This document shows, piece by piece, positions 8,428-18,752 of a stretch of DNA of 64,000 nucleotides. Source of the stretch: Bacteroidales bacterium (GTDB lineage Bacteria > Bacteroidota > Bacteroidia > Bacteroidales > UBA1715); the NCBI GenBank assembly GCA_017642535.1, contig JAGCOW010000042.1:64777-128776 (forward strand). Reading direction: 5' to 3'. The notes under the pieces were generated by a model. That model was not told the origin of the DNA, did not search any database, and saw nothing but the letters and a program-made list of their open reading frames with translations. The stretch's first letter is position 1, and every line of letters begins with the position of its first letter. The position numbers were made by a program, and so were the translations under genes.

Positions 8428-8459
8428 AGCGTAGTATTGACAAATTTAAAGTCTTTCTT

Positions 8460-11400
8460 ATGAGAAAATTCTTATCTTTTTGCGTATTTGCGTTGTTTGC
8501 AACGGCCTCATTCTCACAGTATTCCATCAAGATGGAACGAATGGAAGCAGATGGTCAAATCTATTATCAAGGTGAATTACCTCTCAAAAGTTATGTTGAT
8601 GATGCGGAAGATGGTTTTCTTCCCGCATTGAATACGGCGTATGTTGTTGATTTAAAAAATCTTACGACAAATACCCAAATGGGGAAATTACAAGTAAACA
8701 TCGTCGATAGAGCAGAAAGCAATGGATGGTGGACAGAAGTAAATCCTACGTATAAAGTTTTAGGAGAAGATATTACACCTTCCGATGCAATTACGCAAGA
8801 GGCAAAGATTTTCGTTATGAATTTAGGAGATGAGCCAGAAGCCGGAAAATATACCTTGATTTTCCACGCTTGGGGCGTTTATGAGAACGTTGATGAGGTG
8901 ACTCTGACTATCGAGGATTTGTCGATGGCGACGTTGGTTGACATGTATTTGGAGGAAACTTCTTTAGAGTTGTCAACGGGTGAAACAAGCGATGTTAAGT
9001 CGCTGGTTCGTTATAGTCTATTTGAGGAAACTGAAACAGACAAATATCCGTTGTTTAGTAGCTCAAACCCCAAGGTTGTTGAGATAGACGAAAATGGAGT
9101 GATAACGGCTGTTGCTCCAGGCACTGCCACTATCACAATCACGACATTGGGTAAGTTGCTGACAGCTATTGATGAATATGAAGCTGGGGCATTGCTGACT
9201 CGCGAAAACGAACTGCAAGTAACGGTTAGCTTAAAACCAAATGTCGTTTTCGCATGGAATAGTTATGGAACCGACGTAGAAGGCGTTGGCGAAGAAGGCG
9301 TAAGCGATTATTGGCAATACAGCAATACCGAGAAAATTCCTGACGCTCTCGACGCCTTTGAATCGGGCTTGGCATCTACGTGGACTGCAAGCGAAGGCGA
9401 TTCGTTCACCATTCACATCAAAGGTGTTTCAAAAGTAACAGGAACCTTGGATTTGGTTCTTGTTGACCAACGGCAAGAAGTGAACAACTGGGGTGAAATG
9501 AGTGATTTTGAAAGAAGTATTGCCATTACAGAAGGAGAAGAATTTGATATTACCAAAACAATGGAAATCAAGTATTTCCAAAATGCACAAGGTGTTTCGT
9601 ATGCAATGCCCGATTTTATTATGGAATTTTCTCCGTCAAACGGTAGTGAATATGGTAAGGATAACACAGTGGATTTCTCGTTGACTACGTTCGATGTCTC
9701 TTACACTCCTGCTGTGGAAATTGCTACTCCAATCGTAGAAAATACGGAATATAAATATTGTAAAAATGCCGAAGCGGTTGCGTTAGAGGTGACGGCAACT
9801 GAAAACGGAGTCCTTGTTTGGTATGATTCAAACTACAACGTCTTGGAATCGGCTCCAACGCCTTCAACCGAGAATGTTGGAACGCAAGTATTTTACGTTT
9901 CGCAAATAATTGACGAGGTTGAAAGTGCGAAAAAAGCAATCAATGTTACTATAAACGACCTTCCGTCGGTGTATATTTCAGGAAATACGTCGGTTAAGGC
10001 CGAAGAATCGTTTACCTTGACTGCCGTTGCTTACTCAAGTTTTGGCATAGATTCGTATTCGTGGACAATTGGCGACGAAGCAAGTGAGGAAACGTCGGAA
10101 AATGTTACAACAAGTCTTTCTTCTTCAACAAAAGTGGCTGTGACGGTTACTGACAATGAATCTTGTTCGTCAACTGCGGAACAATACGTAACGGTATTCT
10201 CTGCAGAACCTCCTGTAGCAGTCTTTGCAGAGGATGAATATACCGTTGAGGTTGGTGAAACAATAACCATCACTCCTTCATATACGGCAGTGGACGATTT
10301 TAGCAATCTTTCGTTCTTGCTCAAAGAATATAACGGCTGTGTTCAATTTGAAACAAAAATAGATGGCACTTGCGCCGTATCAGGTTTGGCTGAAGGTAGC
10401 GATTCCTTGATATTGAATCTGACTTATTCAAACGGAGTAGATACATATAAATTAAATGATACCTGTAAAATCATTGTTGTTCCGTCACAAAAGGTTCCAC
10501 AACCTAAGGTGAACAAGACGGAATATGTATATTGTCAGTACGACGAACCAGAAGCGTTCGCTATTGATGTGACCGAAGGAACAACATTACAATGGTATGA
10601 CAAGACCAACGGCGAGTATGTCCGTTTATACAACGACCCAGTTGTTTCAACCGATTATGCTTACAATGCAGTTTATGCCGTTTCACAAGTTCGTGACGGG
10701 TTGGAAAGCGCGAAGGTTGAAATTTCAATCGTTGTGAACGCACGTCCGGCGTTGGAAGTTACCTATCCTAAGATTGCGTATGTTGATTCCAACATTGAGA
10801 TTCAGGCACAATCGTCAGTTGCAAGTTCGTATGTGTGGTCAAACGGATATGAGGAGACTACGCCGACAACAGAAAGTGCCATTTCTGTTTCGTTCTCACA
10901 TGCGGGAACGCACAATTTTACGGTAATAGCATCTGCCAACGGCTGTGATGCGAAAAAAGAGATTTCGCTTATCACAAAAGTATTGCCGTCTATTTCGTTT
11001 GAAAAGGAATCATATTCCGTATTCACGGGCGAAACCATCTCGGTAGCTCCTCTTTTCGACAATATGATTGCAGGTGACGATGCACAATGGACGGTGGCTG
11101 ATGAAACAATCGCTTCGGTTGAAAATCAGGAAAACGGAACTATCAAGGCAGAGGGAATCGGTTCAACGGTTGTAACTTATTCTACAACGTACACCGACCC
11201 AGATACAAAATACACGAAAAAATATTCTGCTTCGTACACACTGCAAGTGACGGAGTTTGTTGAATCTATCGTGTGTGAAAATGTTTCGGTTGAAATGTTT
11301 ACGGGCGAACGATTCTTCGTTGACGCTGTAGTGCATTCGTTGGAAGGGAAAAAAGATTATCACCTCGAAACGTCAAGTCAAGATTCTTTGAAGATTGACA

Positions 11401-14400
11401 TTGTTGACAAGATGATTACCGCTGTAGAAGCTGGTGAAGTTGTTGTAAACGTGATTTCCGACAATAATGCTTCGATTCGTACTGCCCTCAATATTACGAT
11501 AAAACCATTCATTTCGGCAAAAGAGATTTCATTGCCAAAACAAGTTACTATTCTTGTCGGTGCCGATACTACGTTGGTTGCTTCGGTGATTCCTGCGAAT
11601 GCAAGTTATGCTGAAGTTTCATTCTTGGAAAAAGACGACGACATTGTAACAGTAACCGCCGACGGCAAGATTGTCGGCAAGACAGTGGGTACGTCAATTG
11701 TTAGTGCATCGACCAAAGAAGGTTTGCAAGCACAAACCATGGTTTATGTAACTTCGAGCGACGAGGAAATTGTGAAAATCCGTTTGAACAACGGCGACGA
11801 GGCAATGTACTTGAAAGTTGGTGAATCAAAAACAGTTTCGTGCCAAGTTTCTCCAACGACCATCAAGGCGAACGATTTGGTATGGGCTTCGGGAAATCCT
11901 GAAATCGCTACGGTTTCACCAAGTGGAATCGTAACTGCGGTGAAAGAAGGCGAACTCTTCTTGCATATCTCTTACAAAACGTCGATAAACGAGACAATCA
12001 AAGTGTTTGTGACAAAATCAAATGCTCCAACAATTTCGTTCATCCCGACGGTGGCTATGCAACAGCAAGGTGCTTCTGCCACTATTGATTTAAGTTCGTA
12101 TGTAACTGACGATGTGACGGAATTTAACGAATTGCAACTATCTGCTTTGGATAACGAAAATATTGATGTTACAATTCAAGAAGGAATAGCAAAATTGACG
12201 TTGAAGAACGCAACATTTGTCGGCAACACGTCAGTTACTATTTCGGCTACCGACGAGGAAAATCTAACGACAAGTCGTTCAATTGACGTGCAAGTCGCTA
12301 TGAAAGCAAACGAAGCACCTGTGGTTGCTATTGACACCATCGTGGTTCCGTTTGGAAAATATACGCAAATCGTGATTGCCGATATGGTGAAAGACGATTA
12401 TACGGCTTCGGCAGACTTGGATTTTGATTTTGAAGAAGGCGAAAATCTTATTGTAAAGAAAATAAAAAACACGTCGTTGAGAATTACTGCTCTTGAGGAC
12501 GATTGGTCTGGCACGGATTATTTGACAGTGACATTTACCGATGCGGAAAATTTAGTTACGGAAAAACAAATCGTAGTGATTGTGCAAGAAGCTGAAAACC
12601 AAGCTCCTGTAATTGCCGAGATTCCGCAACAAAATGAAATCGGTACGGAATTGTTCTCAAACATTGATTTATCTCAATATGTTTCAGACGATTACACTTC
12701 TCCGTCAAATATAGTTTGGTCGGCTACAACTTCTGAAAATGTGAGTGTGAAATTCTCGGGCTGTTATGCCGAAATTGCAGACTTGAACGAGTATTGGCGT
12801 GGTGCCGAAGTGATTACATTTACAGCAATGGACCAGGGCGGTTTGACATCTTCTATTGACGTCACATTCTATCGTATGACCGAAACGACTGAGACAGAAC
12901 AAGAATTTGGCTGGTATGGCAAACCGACGGTAAAAATTATCACTTCTCGCTATTATGGCAATCCAGGAGATGAATTTACCCTCATTGGTACATTCTACGG
13001 TTCGGAATGTTCTGGCGAATGGATAATCGACGGTGTGGAATTGAGTGATCCATATGCGTTAATTCAAACGTTGAAATTCCCAGAAACAGGTTTTTATGAT
13101 GTAACATTCAAGGTAATGTACGGCGAAGGCGAAATTACCGAAGTAGGTGAAAATCTTGTCGTTTATGGTATAGAGCAACGTAATGCTGGTATTTGTATTG
13201 GTTCTAACACAACATTGACGGCAACCGACGGTGTTGATTCATACGTTTGGAGTACCAATGAAACATCGCAATCAATTGAAATTGCTCCTGAAACAACGCA
13301 GACATACGTTCTAACAATGCACAAAGGTCTTACTACAATGACGGACTCGGTAACTGTTCGCGTTTCGGTTCCTGTAAGCTTGAGAGAAGATTCGGTAATG
13401 TGTGCGGGAACGAAATATGAATTGGTTGCACAAGGCGAATATGAATCGTATTCGTGGAATACGGGCGAAACGACACAATCTATCGTTATTCCTGCTGCCG
13501 TAGCCAATTACACGGTAACGACGCAAGACGACCTGGGTTGCGAAAGCTCGGCAACATTCAAGGTAACTGCCGTAAACGATTTGCCTGCAATCAACCTTGG
13601 TGATGATAAAACCGTGTGCGACAAAGTCATAACGACACTTGATGCCGGTGCAGGTTTCGTATATGCTTGGGACATAACGAAATACGATGGTTCAAAGGTT
13701 AATTCGGCAGAACAAAGTATCAGTTTGGATTCTTCGGCATACGTCACTATAAAAATCGTTGATAACAATCAATGTGAGAACTTCGATACCATTACGGTTA
13801 CATACACGTATCCATATCCTGAAGAAATCGGAATCATTACCTATAGCGAATCAAGCAAGAACCTGATTGTTGCTTGGGAACGTACTATCGACGTGAATAC
13901 GGTAAGTTATCAAGTAGAACGTAAGATTAACGACACGCAATGGGAAAAGGTTGGCGACGCTGTTCCGTTCACCGATTTCGGAATCGTGGTTGACGAAGCA
14001 ACTAATTTCGAAGGTCGTGCCTACAATTATCGTCTGTTGACAACCGACGGTTGTAACAACACGGCAACGAGCGGCGTATATCGTTCGTCATTCATTCAGT
14101 CGGTAAAAACACAAGATGGAAATTATGGCGTAAACTGGTGGACGTACAAGTCACCTCGTCAAGGAAATGTTGTGGGTAGTTATCTGCTACGAAAAACCGA
14201 CCCGTCATTGCATGCCGATGGGCTTATAGAAGGCTATGAAGTAATTGATAATTTCTCATCGGAAGACGACTTTATTGGCTGGACCGACACCGAAGGTTCG
14301 TTGAAGCCTGGAGATATGGTTCGTGTGGCATTTGCATTAGACGAAACGGTATATGAAAATGCTGTGAAAGACACCGATGGCAATGTTGTTGAACTTCAAA

Positions 14401-14729
14401 CCAAAGCTGAATCTGGACCATTCTCTATCGCTATCAGTAATATTGCTGAGGTTGAAAATACCGATGCTATTGAAAGTCTGTTCCCTGCCGACGTGGCTGT
14501 ATATCCTACGATAGTGAAAGATGTAATTAACATTGCCCTTGTTGCATACGAGTATAATAATTTCACGATAGAGGTGCTTGACGCAAACGGCAAGGTCGTT
14601 GCAAAAACACAAACTGGCGATGTTGTGAAAGCAGTAGTGCAAATTCCTGCAAGCGAACTCTCGCAAGGTATTTATACAGTGAAATTGTCAGCTGACGATG
14701 CAGTGAAGACAGTAAAGGTTGTGAAATAA
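8460..14729 (+). CDS. giant (2089 aa) cell-surface adhesin-like protein with Ig-like repeats, FN3-like domain and T9SS C-terminal sorting domain
   Basis: The signal peptide is MRKFLSFCVFALFATASFSQ. Repeated Big_2-like segments are present (e.g. ITAVAPGTATITITT). Two xYxYCxxxxA...WY...YYVSQ...ESAK Ig-like repeats occur. Three tandem ~95-aa DLSxYVxDD repeats occur. The tail ...VAVYPTIVKDVINIAL...GIYTVKL...KTVKVVK is typical of T9SS type A CTDs. Confidence 0.9.
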   Translation: MRKFLSFCVFALFATASFSQYSIKMERMEADGQIYYQGELPLKSYVDDAEDGFLPALNTAYVVDLKNLTTNTQMGKLQVNIVDRAESNGWWTEVNPTYKVLGEDITPSDAITQEAKIFVMNLGDEPEAGKYTLIFHAWGVYENVDEVTLTIEDLSMATLVDMYLEETSLELSTGETSDVKSLVRYSLFEETETDKYPLFSSSNPKVVEIDENGVITAVAPGTATITITTLGKLLTAIDEYEAGALLTRENELQVTVSLKPNVVFAWNSYGTDVEGVGEEGVSDYWQYSNTEKIPDALDAFESGLASTWTASEGDSFTIHIKGVSKVTGTLDLVLVDQRQEVNNWGEMSDFERSIAITEGEEFDITKTMEIKYFQNAQGVSYAMPDFIMEFSPSNGSEYGKDNTVDFSLTTFDVSYTPAVEIATPIVENTEYKYCKNAEAVALEVTATENGVLVWYDSNYNVLESAPTPSTENVGTQVFYVSQIIDEVESAKKAINVTINDLPSVYISGNTSVKAEESFTLTAVAYSSFGIDSYSWTIGDEASEETSENVTTSLSSSTKVAVTVTDNESCSSTAEQYVTVFSAEPPVAVFAEDEYTVEVGETITITPSYTAVDDFSNLSFLLKEYNGCVQFETKIDGTCAVSGLAEGSDSLILNLTYSNGVDTYKLNDTCKIIVVPSQKVPQPKVNKTEYVYCQYDEPEAFAIDVTEGTTLQWYDKTNGEYVRLYNDPVVSTDYAYNAVYAVSQVRDGLESAKVEISIVVNARPALEVTYPKIAYVDSNIEIQAQSSVASSYVWSNGYEETTPTTESAISVSFSHAGTHNFTVIASANGCDAKKEISLITKVLPSISFEKESYSVFTGETISVAPLFDNMIAGDDAQWTVADETIASVENQENGTIKAEGIGSTVVTYSTTYTDPDTKYTKKYSASYTLQVTEFVESIVCENVSVEMFTGERFFVDAVVHSLEGKKDYHLETSSQDSLKIDIVDKMITAVEAGEVVVNVISDNNASIRTALNITIKPFISAKEISLPKQVTILVGADTTLVASVIPANASYAEVSFLEKDDDIVTVTADGKIVGKTVGTSIVSASTKEGLQAQTMVYVTSSDEEIVKIRLNNGDEAMYLKVGESKTVSCQVSPTTIKANDLVWASGNPEIATVSPSGIVTAVKEGELFLHISYKTSINETIKVFVTKSNAPTISFIPTVAMQQQGASATIDLSSYVTDDVTEFNELQLSALDNENIDVTIQEGIAKLTLKNATFVGNTSVTISATDEENLTTSRSIDVQVAMKANEAPVVAIDTIVVPFGKYTQIVIADMVKDDYTASADLDFDFEEGENLIVKKIKNTSLRITALEDDWSGTDYLTVTFTDAENLVTEKQIVVIVQEAENQAPVIAEIPQQNEIGTELFSNIDLSQYVSDDYTSPSNIVWSATTSENVSVKFSGCYAEIADLNEYWRGAEVITFTAMDQGGLTSSIDVTFYRMTETTETEQEFGWYGKPTVKIITSRYYGNPGDEFTLIGTFYGSECSGEWIIDGVELSDPYALIQTLKFPETGFYDVTFKVMYGEGEITEVGENLVVYGIEQRNAGICIGSNTTLTATDGVDSYVWSTNETSQSIEIAPETTQTYVLTMHKGLTTMTDSVTVRVSVPVSLREDSVMCAGTKYELVAQGEYESYSWNTGETTQSIVIPAAVANYTVTTQDDLGCESSATFKVTAVNDLPAINLGDDKTVCDKVITTLDAGAGFVYAWDITKYDGSKVNSAEQSISLDSSAYVTIKIVDNNQCENFDTITVTYTYPYPEEIGIITYSESSKNLIVAWERTIDVNTVSYQVERKINDTQWEKVGDAVPFTDFGIVVDEATNFEGRAYNYRLLTTDGCNNTATSGVYRSSFIQSVKTQDGNYGVNWWTYKSPRQGNVVGSYLLRKTDPSLHADGLIEGYEVIDNFSSEDDFIGWTDTEGSLKPGDMVRVAFALDETVYENAVKDTDGNVVELQTKAESGPFSIAISNIAEVENTDAIESLFPADVAVYPTIVKDVINIALVAYEYNNFTIEVLDANGKVVAKTQTGDVVKAVVQIPASELSQGIYTVKLSADDAVKTVKVVK

Positions 14730-14762
14730 GGATGGTTTGATTCAGGGTTTGTAGTGAAAAAA

Positions 14763-16226
14763 CTACAAACTCCATTCAAAACCGTCCTTGGTATCTTTTA
14801 CAGAGAAACCGAGATTTGCCAATTCGTCACGAATTTTATCGCTCGTAGCCCAATCTTTGTTTGCCTTGGCTTGCTTGCGGATTTCCAAAAGCAAATCAAC
14901 GGCACCTTTGTAGGCCTTATCTTGCGTGTTGTTGCTTTCTTCCACACGAAGACCGAGAATATCTTTCACAAACACCTCGAATGTTTGTTTGAGTTCGTCC
15001 CAATCCTCTTTTGATAAGGTTGCCTTTCCATCTGTTACAGCATTGATTGCCTTGGTTGCATCAAATAGGTTTGAAATCACGATTGGCGTATTTAAATCGT
15101 CGCACATAGCTTCTTCACAACGTTCGCGAAGACCTTTCACGTCAACGGTTGAGGTGGCACTTGGCGTAATTTTCTGCAAACGGTTGTACGCATCGACCAA
15201 ACGAGCGAAACCTTTTTCTGCTGCTTGCAATGCATCGTTGCTGAAATCAACCGTGCTGCGGTAGTGTGCTTGCAAAATGAAGAAACGGATGGTCATCGGC
15301 GAATAGGCGCGTTCCAACTTCTCGTGCGTTCCGTTGAAGAACTCGTCGAGCGTGATGAAATTGTTGTACGATTTGCCCATTTTCTGACCATTAATCGTAA
15401 TCATATTGTTGTGAATCCAATATTTCACCGTTTCGTGGCCGAGAGCCGCCGTTGACTGTGCAATTTCGCATTCGTGGTGTGGGAAAATCAAATCCATTCC
15501 ACCACCGTGAATGTCGAATGTTTCACCAAGATATTTCGTGCCCATTGCGGAACATTCCATGTGCCAACCAGGGAAACCGTCGCTCCACGGCGAAGGCCAA
15601 CGCATAATGTGCTCTGGTTGAGCTTTTTTCCACAATGCAAAATCAAGCGAGCAATGTTTCTCGTCCTGACCGTCAAGTTCACGAGTTGTTGCCAAAAGCT
15701 CGTCAATGTTACGTCCCGAAAGTTTTCCGTAATGGAAATCCTTGTTGAATTTACGCACGTCAAAATATATTGACCCTTGACTTTCGTATGCGTAACCAGC
15801 ATCAAGAATTTTCTTTACAAAATTGATTTGTTCTATAATATGTCCAGATGCTTGTGGTTCTATGCTTGGCGGAAGCACGTTGAGAGCCGCCATTGCGTTA
15901 CGGAAACGGTTGGTATAGTATTGTGCCACTTCCATTGGCTCTTTTTGCTCCAAACGGGCTTTTTTTGCAATCTTGTCCTCGCCTTCGTCGGCATCGTGCT
16001 CAAGGTGTCCCACGTCGGTAATGTTACGAACGTAGCGCACTTGGTAGCCAAGATGAGTAAGATAACGGAACAGCACGTCAAACGTGATTGCTGGACGAGC
16101 GTGTCCCAAATGAGCGTCGCCATAAACCGTTGGACCGCACACATACATTCCCACATGTGGGGCATGAAGCGGTTTGAACAATTCTTTTTGCCGAGTCAAC
16201 GTGTTGTATATCAATAAGTCTTGCAT
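14763..16226 (-). CDS. cysS: cysteine--tRNA ligase
   Basis: [16 protein letters not shown] (HIGH motif) and KMGKS (KMSKS motif). Confidence 0.95.
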   Translation of the reverse strand: MQDLLIYNTLTRQKELFKPLHAPHVGMYVCGPTVYGDAHLGHARPAITFDVLFRYLTHLGYQVRYVRNITDVGHLEHDADEGEDKIAKKARLEQKEPMEVAQYYTNRFRNAMAALNVLPPSIEPQASGHIIEQINFVKKILDAGYAYESQGSIYFDVRKFNKDFHYGKLSGRNIDELLATTRELDGQDEKHCSLDFALWKKAQPEHIMRWPSPWSDGFPGWHMECSAMGTKYLGETFDIHGGGMDLIFPHHECEIAQSTAALGHETVKYWIHNNMITINGQKMGKSYNNFITLDEFFNGTHEKLERAYSPMTIRFFILQAHYRSTVDFSNDALQAAEKGFARLVDAYNRLQKITPSATSTVDVKGLRERCEEAMCDDLNTPIVISNLFDATKAINAVTDGKATLSKEDWDELKQTFEVFVKDILGLRVEESNNTQDKAYKGAVDLLLEIRKQAKANKDWATSDKIRDELANLGFSVKDTKDGFEWSL

Positions 16227-16631
16227 AATTTCATCGTATTTAATGAGGACAAATCCTAATTCGGCTCAAAATTATAAAAATTGTCGGATTAAACGATTTT
16301 GCAAGAAAAACATTTCTATACTTTAAAGGCATTTGGATTTTAAGAACGAGCGACTTTTGTTGCATTTTTCCCTCATCCTCGACAAAAATCTGACGTTTTG
16401 GAGTCGTGAAAGCTTTGTTTTTCGTGGAAAAATTGGGTATTTTCGACAGATTTTTTCAAAGAAAGTCTTTTTTTTTATCAAACATCAATAAATAAAAATA
16501 AACATTACCCTATAAAAGTCTAAAATACTACAAAAATGGTCTATAGAGCTTTTTTTGATATTTGTTTATTTAATTTATTTCTGCATCTTTGCATCAAGAA
16601 ATTAACTAAAGCGAAAGAATAGATTTAAAAG

Positions 16632-16979
16632 ATGAAGGACGCAAAAGATAATACTTCAATTGTTGAAGAATTTAAATTGTTCCAGCAGGAATTTGAAATA
16701 TGGAAAGAGAACGTTCAACGGCAAATTACTGCCGCAAAGTTGGCCAATGACAAATGGCTGTCGGTTGAAGACCTCATAGAATATTTACCAGACAATACAG
16801 CACGGGCAACGATATATGGTTGGGTAGCCCAAGAAAAGATACCATACCACAAATACGGGAAAAAGCTGACGTTCTTAAAATCCGAGATAGATGCGTGGCT
16901 CTTTTACGGATTCGAGGACGAGAAAAAAGCCAAACGGCTGAAACGTCAAAAGTTTATTACATACGGAAACACCTTGTGA
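16632..16979 (+). CDS. excisionase-family / MerR-like helix-turn-helix DNA-binding protein
   Basis: WLSVEDLIEYLPDNTARATIYGWVAQEKIPYHKYGKKLTFLKSEIDAWL resembles HTH_17/Xis-type domains common in Bacteroidota mobile elements. Confidence 0.65.
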   Translation: MKDAKDNTSIVEEFKLFQQEFEIWKENVQRQITAAKLANDKWLSVEDLIEYLPDNTARATIYGWVAQEKIPYHKYGKKLTFLKSEIDAWLFYGFEDEKKAKRLKRQKFITYGNTL

Positions 16980-17083
16980 AAAAAGAGAATTCTTTCCTTC
17001 ACATTTATAAGCTGCATAAAGTTACTTTAACGGGGCGGTAAAGTAACACGGGGTGACTTTTTCTATCATGGTAAGACGCCTCA

Positions 17084-17116
17084 CCAAAGTCTCTTCGGTA
17101 GAGACTTTGGTTTTTT
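17084..17116 (+). terminator. rho-independent terminator
   Basis: ccaaagtctc-ttcggta-gagactttgg forms a perfect 10-bp stem followed by tttttt. Confidence 0.8.
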
Positions 17117-17177
17117 ATGTACTTTGCTTTGAGAATAATATTTTTTTAGTACATTGGGGCGATTTTTTGTTTAAGGA

Positions 17178-18533
17178 ATGAAGATAATAATTGCAGGTGC
17201 AGGAGAAGTGGGACAACACTTGGCAAGAATCTTGGCCGATGACCGCCACGACGTGACCGTCATTGACGTTGATCCACAAAATTTGAAACAACTTTCTCTT
17301 CACCTTGATATTTTGACAATTCAAGGTTCGGCACTGACTATTTCGGTATTAAACGAAGCAAATGTCGCTACTTGTGATTTGTATATCGCAGTGACGCATT
17401 TCCCTGAAATGAATGTGGCTTCGGCGGTGATTGCCAAGAAGTTGGGCGCTCCGCACACCATAGCTCGTGTTCGCGACCCAGAATTATTGCTGGAAAAAAA
17501 TCAAAAATTGTTCCGTGAAATCGGTATTGATTCCATTATATATCCACAAGCTCTTGCTGCTCAGGAAATTGCAACGTTTGTGGAACGGGCGGCAACGCGT
17601 GAATCGTTCGATTTTGCCGATGGTTTGCTTTCCTTATTTGTGTTGAAGGTTGAAGAAACGGCACAAGTCGTGGGGAAATATATGCAAGAAATTATTCCTA
17701 CGCAGGAAGAATTGCAGAAATATCGTGTAATTGCCTTAAAACGTGGATTTTCCACCATTATTCCCAAAGGCGATGACATTTGTCAGCCAGGTGATATCCT
17801 GTATGTGGTTAGCAACCGTCAGGGTGTGAACAAAATGCTTGAAACCTTTGAGAAGAAAGACTTGGCAGTTTCGCAAGTTATGATTTTGGGTGGCAGCCGA
17901 ACGGGTAGGGCAACGGCAAAAATTCTTCAAAAACAATTTGATGTAAAATTGATAGAAATTGACCCTGAAAAGGCAAAAAAACTATCTCAACAACTTGACA
18001 ATACGTTAGTAATCAACGGAGATGGACGAAGCATGGATTTGTTGGTTGAAGAAGGTATTCGCAATACCGATGTGTTCATTGCCACGACAAGCAATGCCGA
18101 AACCAACATTCTTTCGTGTTATCTGGCAAAACGCGTGGGCGTGAAACGTACCATTGCCGAGGTTGAGAATGTGGATTACATAGGTCTTGCTGCCGATATG
18201 GGCATTGATACGTTGATAAACAAGAAAACCATTGCTGCCAACAGCATTCACAAATATACCTTGAGCAATTCATCCGATATTTCGGCTACGCGCCATCTAA
18301 CACAGAGCGATGCCCAAGTATTGGAGATTATTGTTCACGAAAGTATGAAAATCACCAAGGCAACTCTTATGGAAACGAAGGATTTTCCGAAAGATGCCGT
18401 AATTGGTGGCGTAGTGAGAGGGAAAAATGCGTTTATCCCGTCTGGTAAGACGCAAATTGCTGGTGGCGACAAGGTGCTCGTATTCGCACTGCCAGCTGCA
18501 GTTAACGAGGTAAAGAAATTTTTTGAAAAATAA
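17178..18533 (+). CDS. trkA: Trk potassium uptake system protein TrkA
   Basis: MKIIIAGAGEVGQHLARILADDRHDVTVID. The protein has two tandem RCK/NAD-binding halves. Confidence 0.9.
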   Translation: MKIIIAGAGEVGQHLARILADDRHDVTVIDVDPQNLKQLSLHLDILTIQGSALTISVLNEANVATCDLYIAVTHFPEMNVASAVIAKKLGAPHTIARVRDPELLLEKNQKLFREIGIDSIIYPQALAAQEIATFVERAATRESFDFADGLLSLFVLKVEETAQVVGKYMQEIIPTQEELQKYRVIALKRGFSTIIPKGDDICQPGDILYVVSNRQGVNKMLETFEKKDLAVSQVMILGGSRTGRATAKILQKQFDVKLIEIDPEKAKKLSQQLDNTLVINGDGRSMDLLVEEGIRNTDVFIATTSNAETNILSCYLAKRVGVKRTIAEVENVDYIGLAADMGIDTLINKKTIAANSIHKYTLSNSSDISATRHLTQSDAQVLEIIVHESMKITKATLMETKDFPKDAVIGGVVRGKNAFIPSGKTQIAGGDKVLVFALPAAVNEVKKFFEK

Positions 18534-18542
18534 TGAGAATCT

Positions 18543-18752
18543 ATGAGAAGTAAAATCTTACTTTCTGTCGCTTTTGCACTTGGCATTGCCGCTATGGTTT
18601 TGTTGATTTTAGATACTATTGGACAAGCCACTGTTGCTCAATCAACTATAACGACATTATTGGTAATAGGTCTTCTTTGCGTTAGTATTGAACTTATCGT
18701 AAGTCGAAAAGAGCAAAAGGACGACGACAATTCAGAAATTTCCGAGCAATGA
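18543..18752 (+). CDS. small hypothetical membrane protein (69 aa, two predicted TM helices)
   Basis: ILLSVAFALGIAAMVLLIL and ITTLLVIGLLCVSIELIV are the hydrophobic segments. The ORF starts 10 nt after the trkA stop and overlaps the trkH start as ATGA. Confidence 0.45.
   Translation: MRSKILLSVAFALGIAAMVLLILDTIGQATVAQSTITTLLVIGLLCVSIELIVSRKEQKDDDNSEISEQ

Noticed and set aside
9700-13800. Repeated segments inside the giant gene, checked as a possible CRISPR array or tandem DNA repeat.
   Set aside because: The repeats are ~225-290 nt, diverged protein-domain repeats within one continuous ORF. There is no short direct-repeat/spacer periodicity anywhere in the window.
14754-16217. Plus-strand ORFs (14754-15014, 14926-15264, 15225-15455, 15474-15773, 15777-16217) and a nested minus-strand ORF inside cysS.
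   Set aside because: They are all contained within the well-supported cysS CDS and show no recognisable motifs.
16980-17177. A possible riboswitch (e.g. a c-di-AMP/K+ related leader) upstream of trkA.
   Set aside because: The structured part ends in a strong terminator that belongs to the upstream HTH gene. I could not recognise any known riboswitch core, and only ~60 nt remain between the terminator and trkA.
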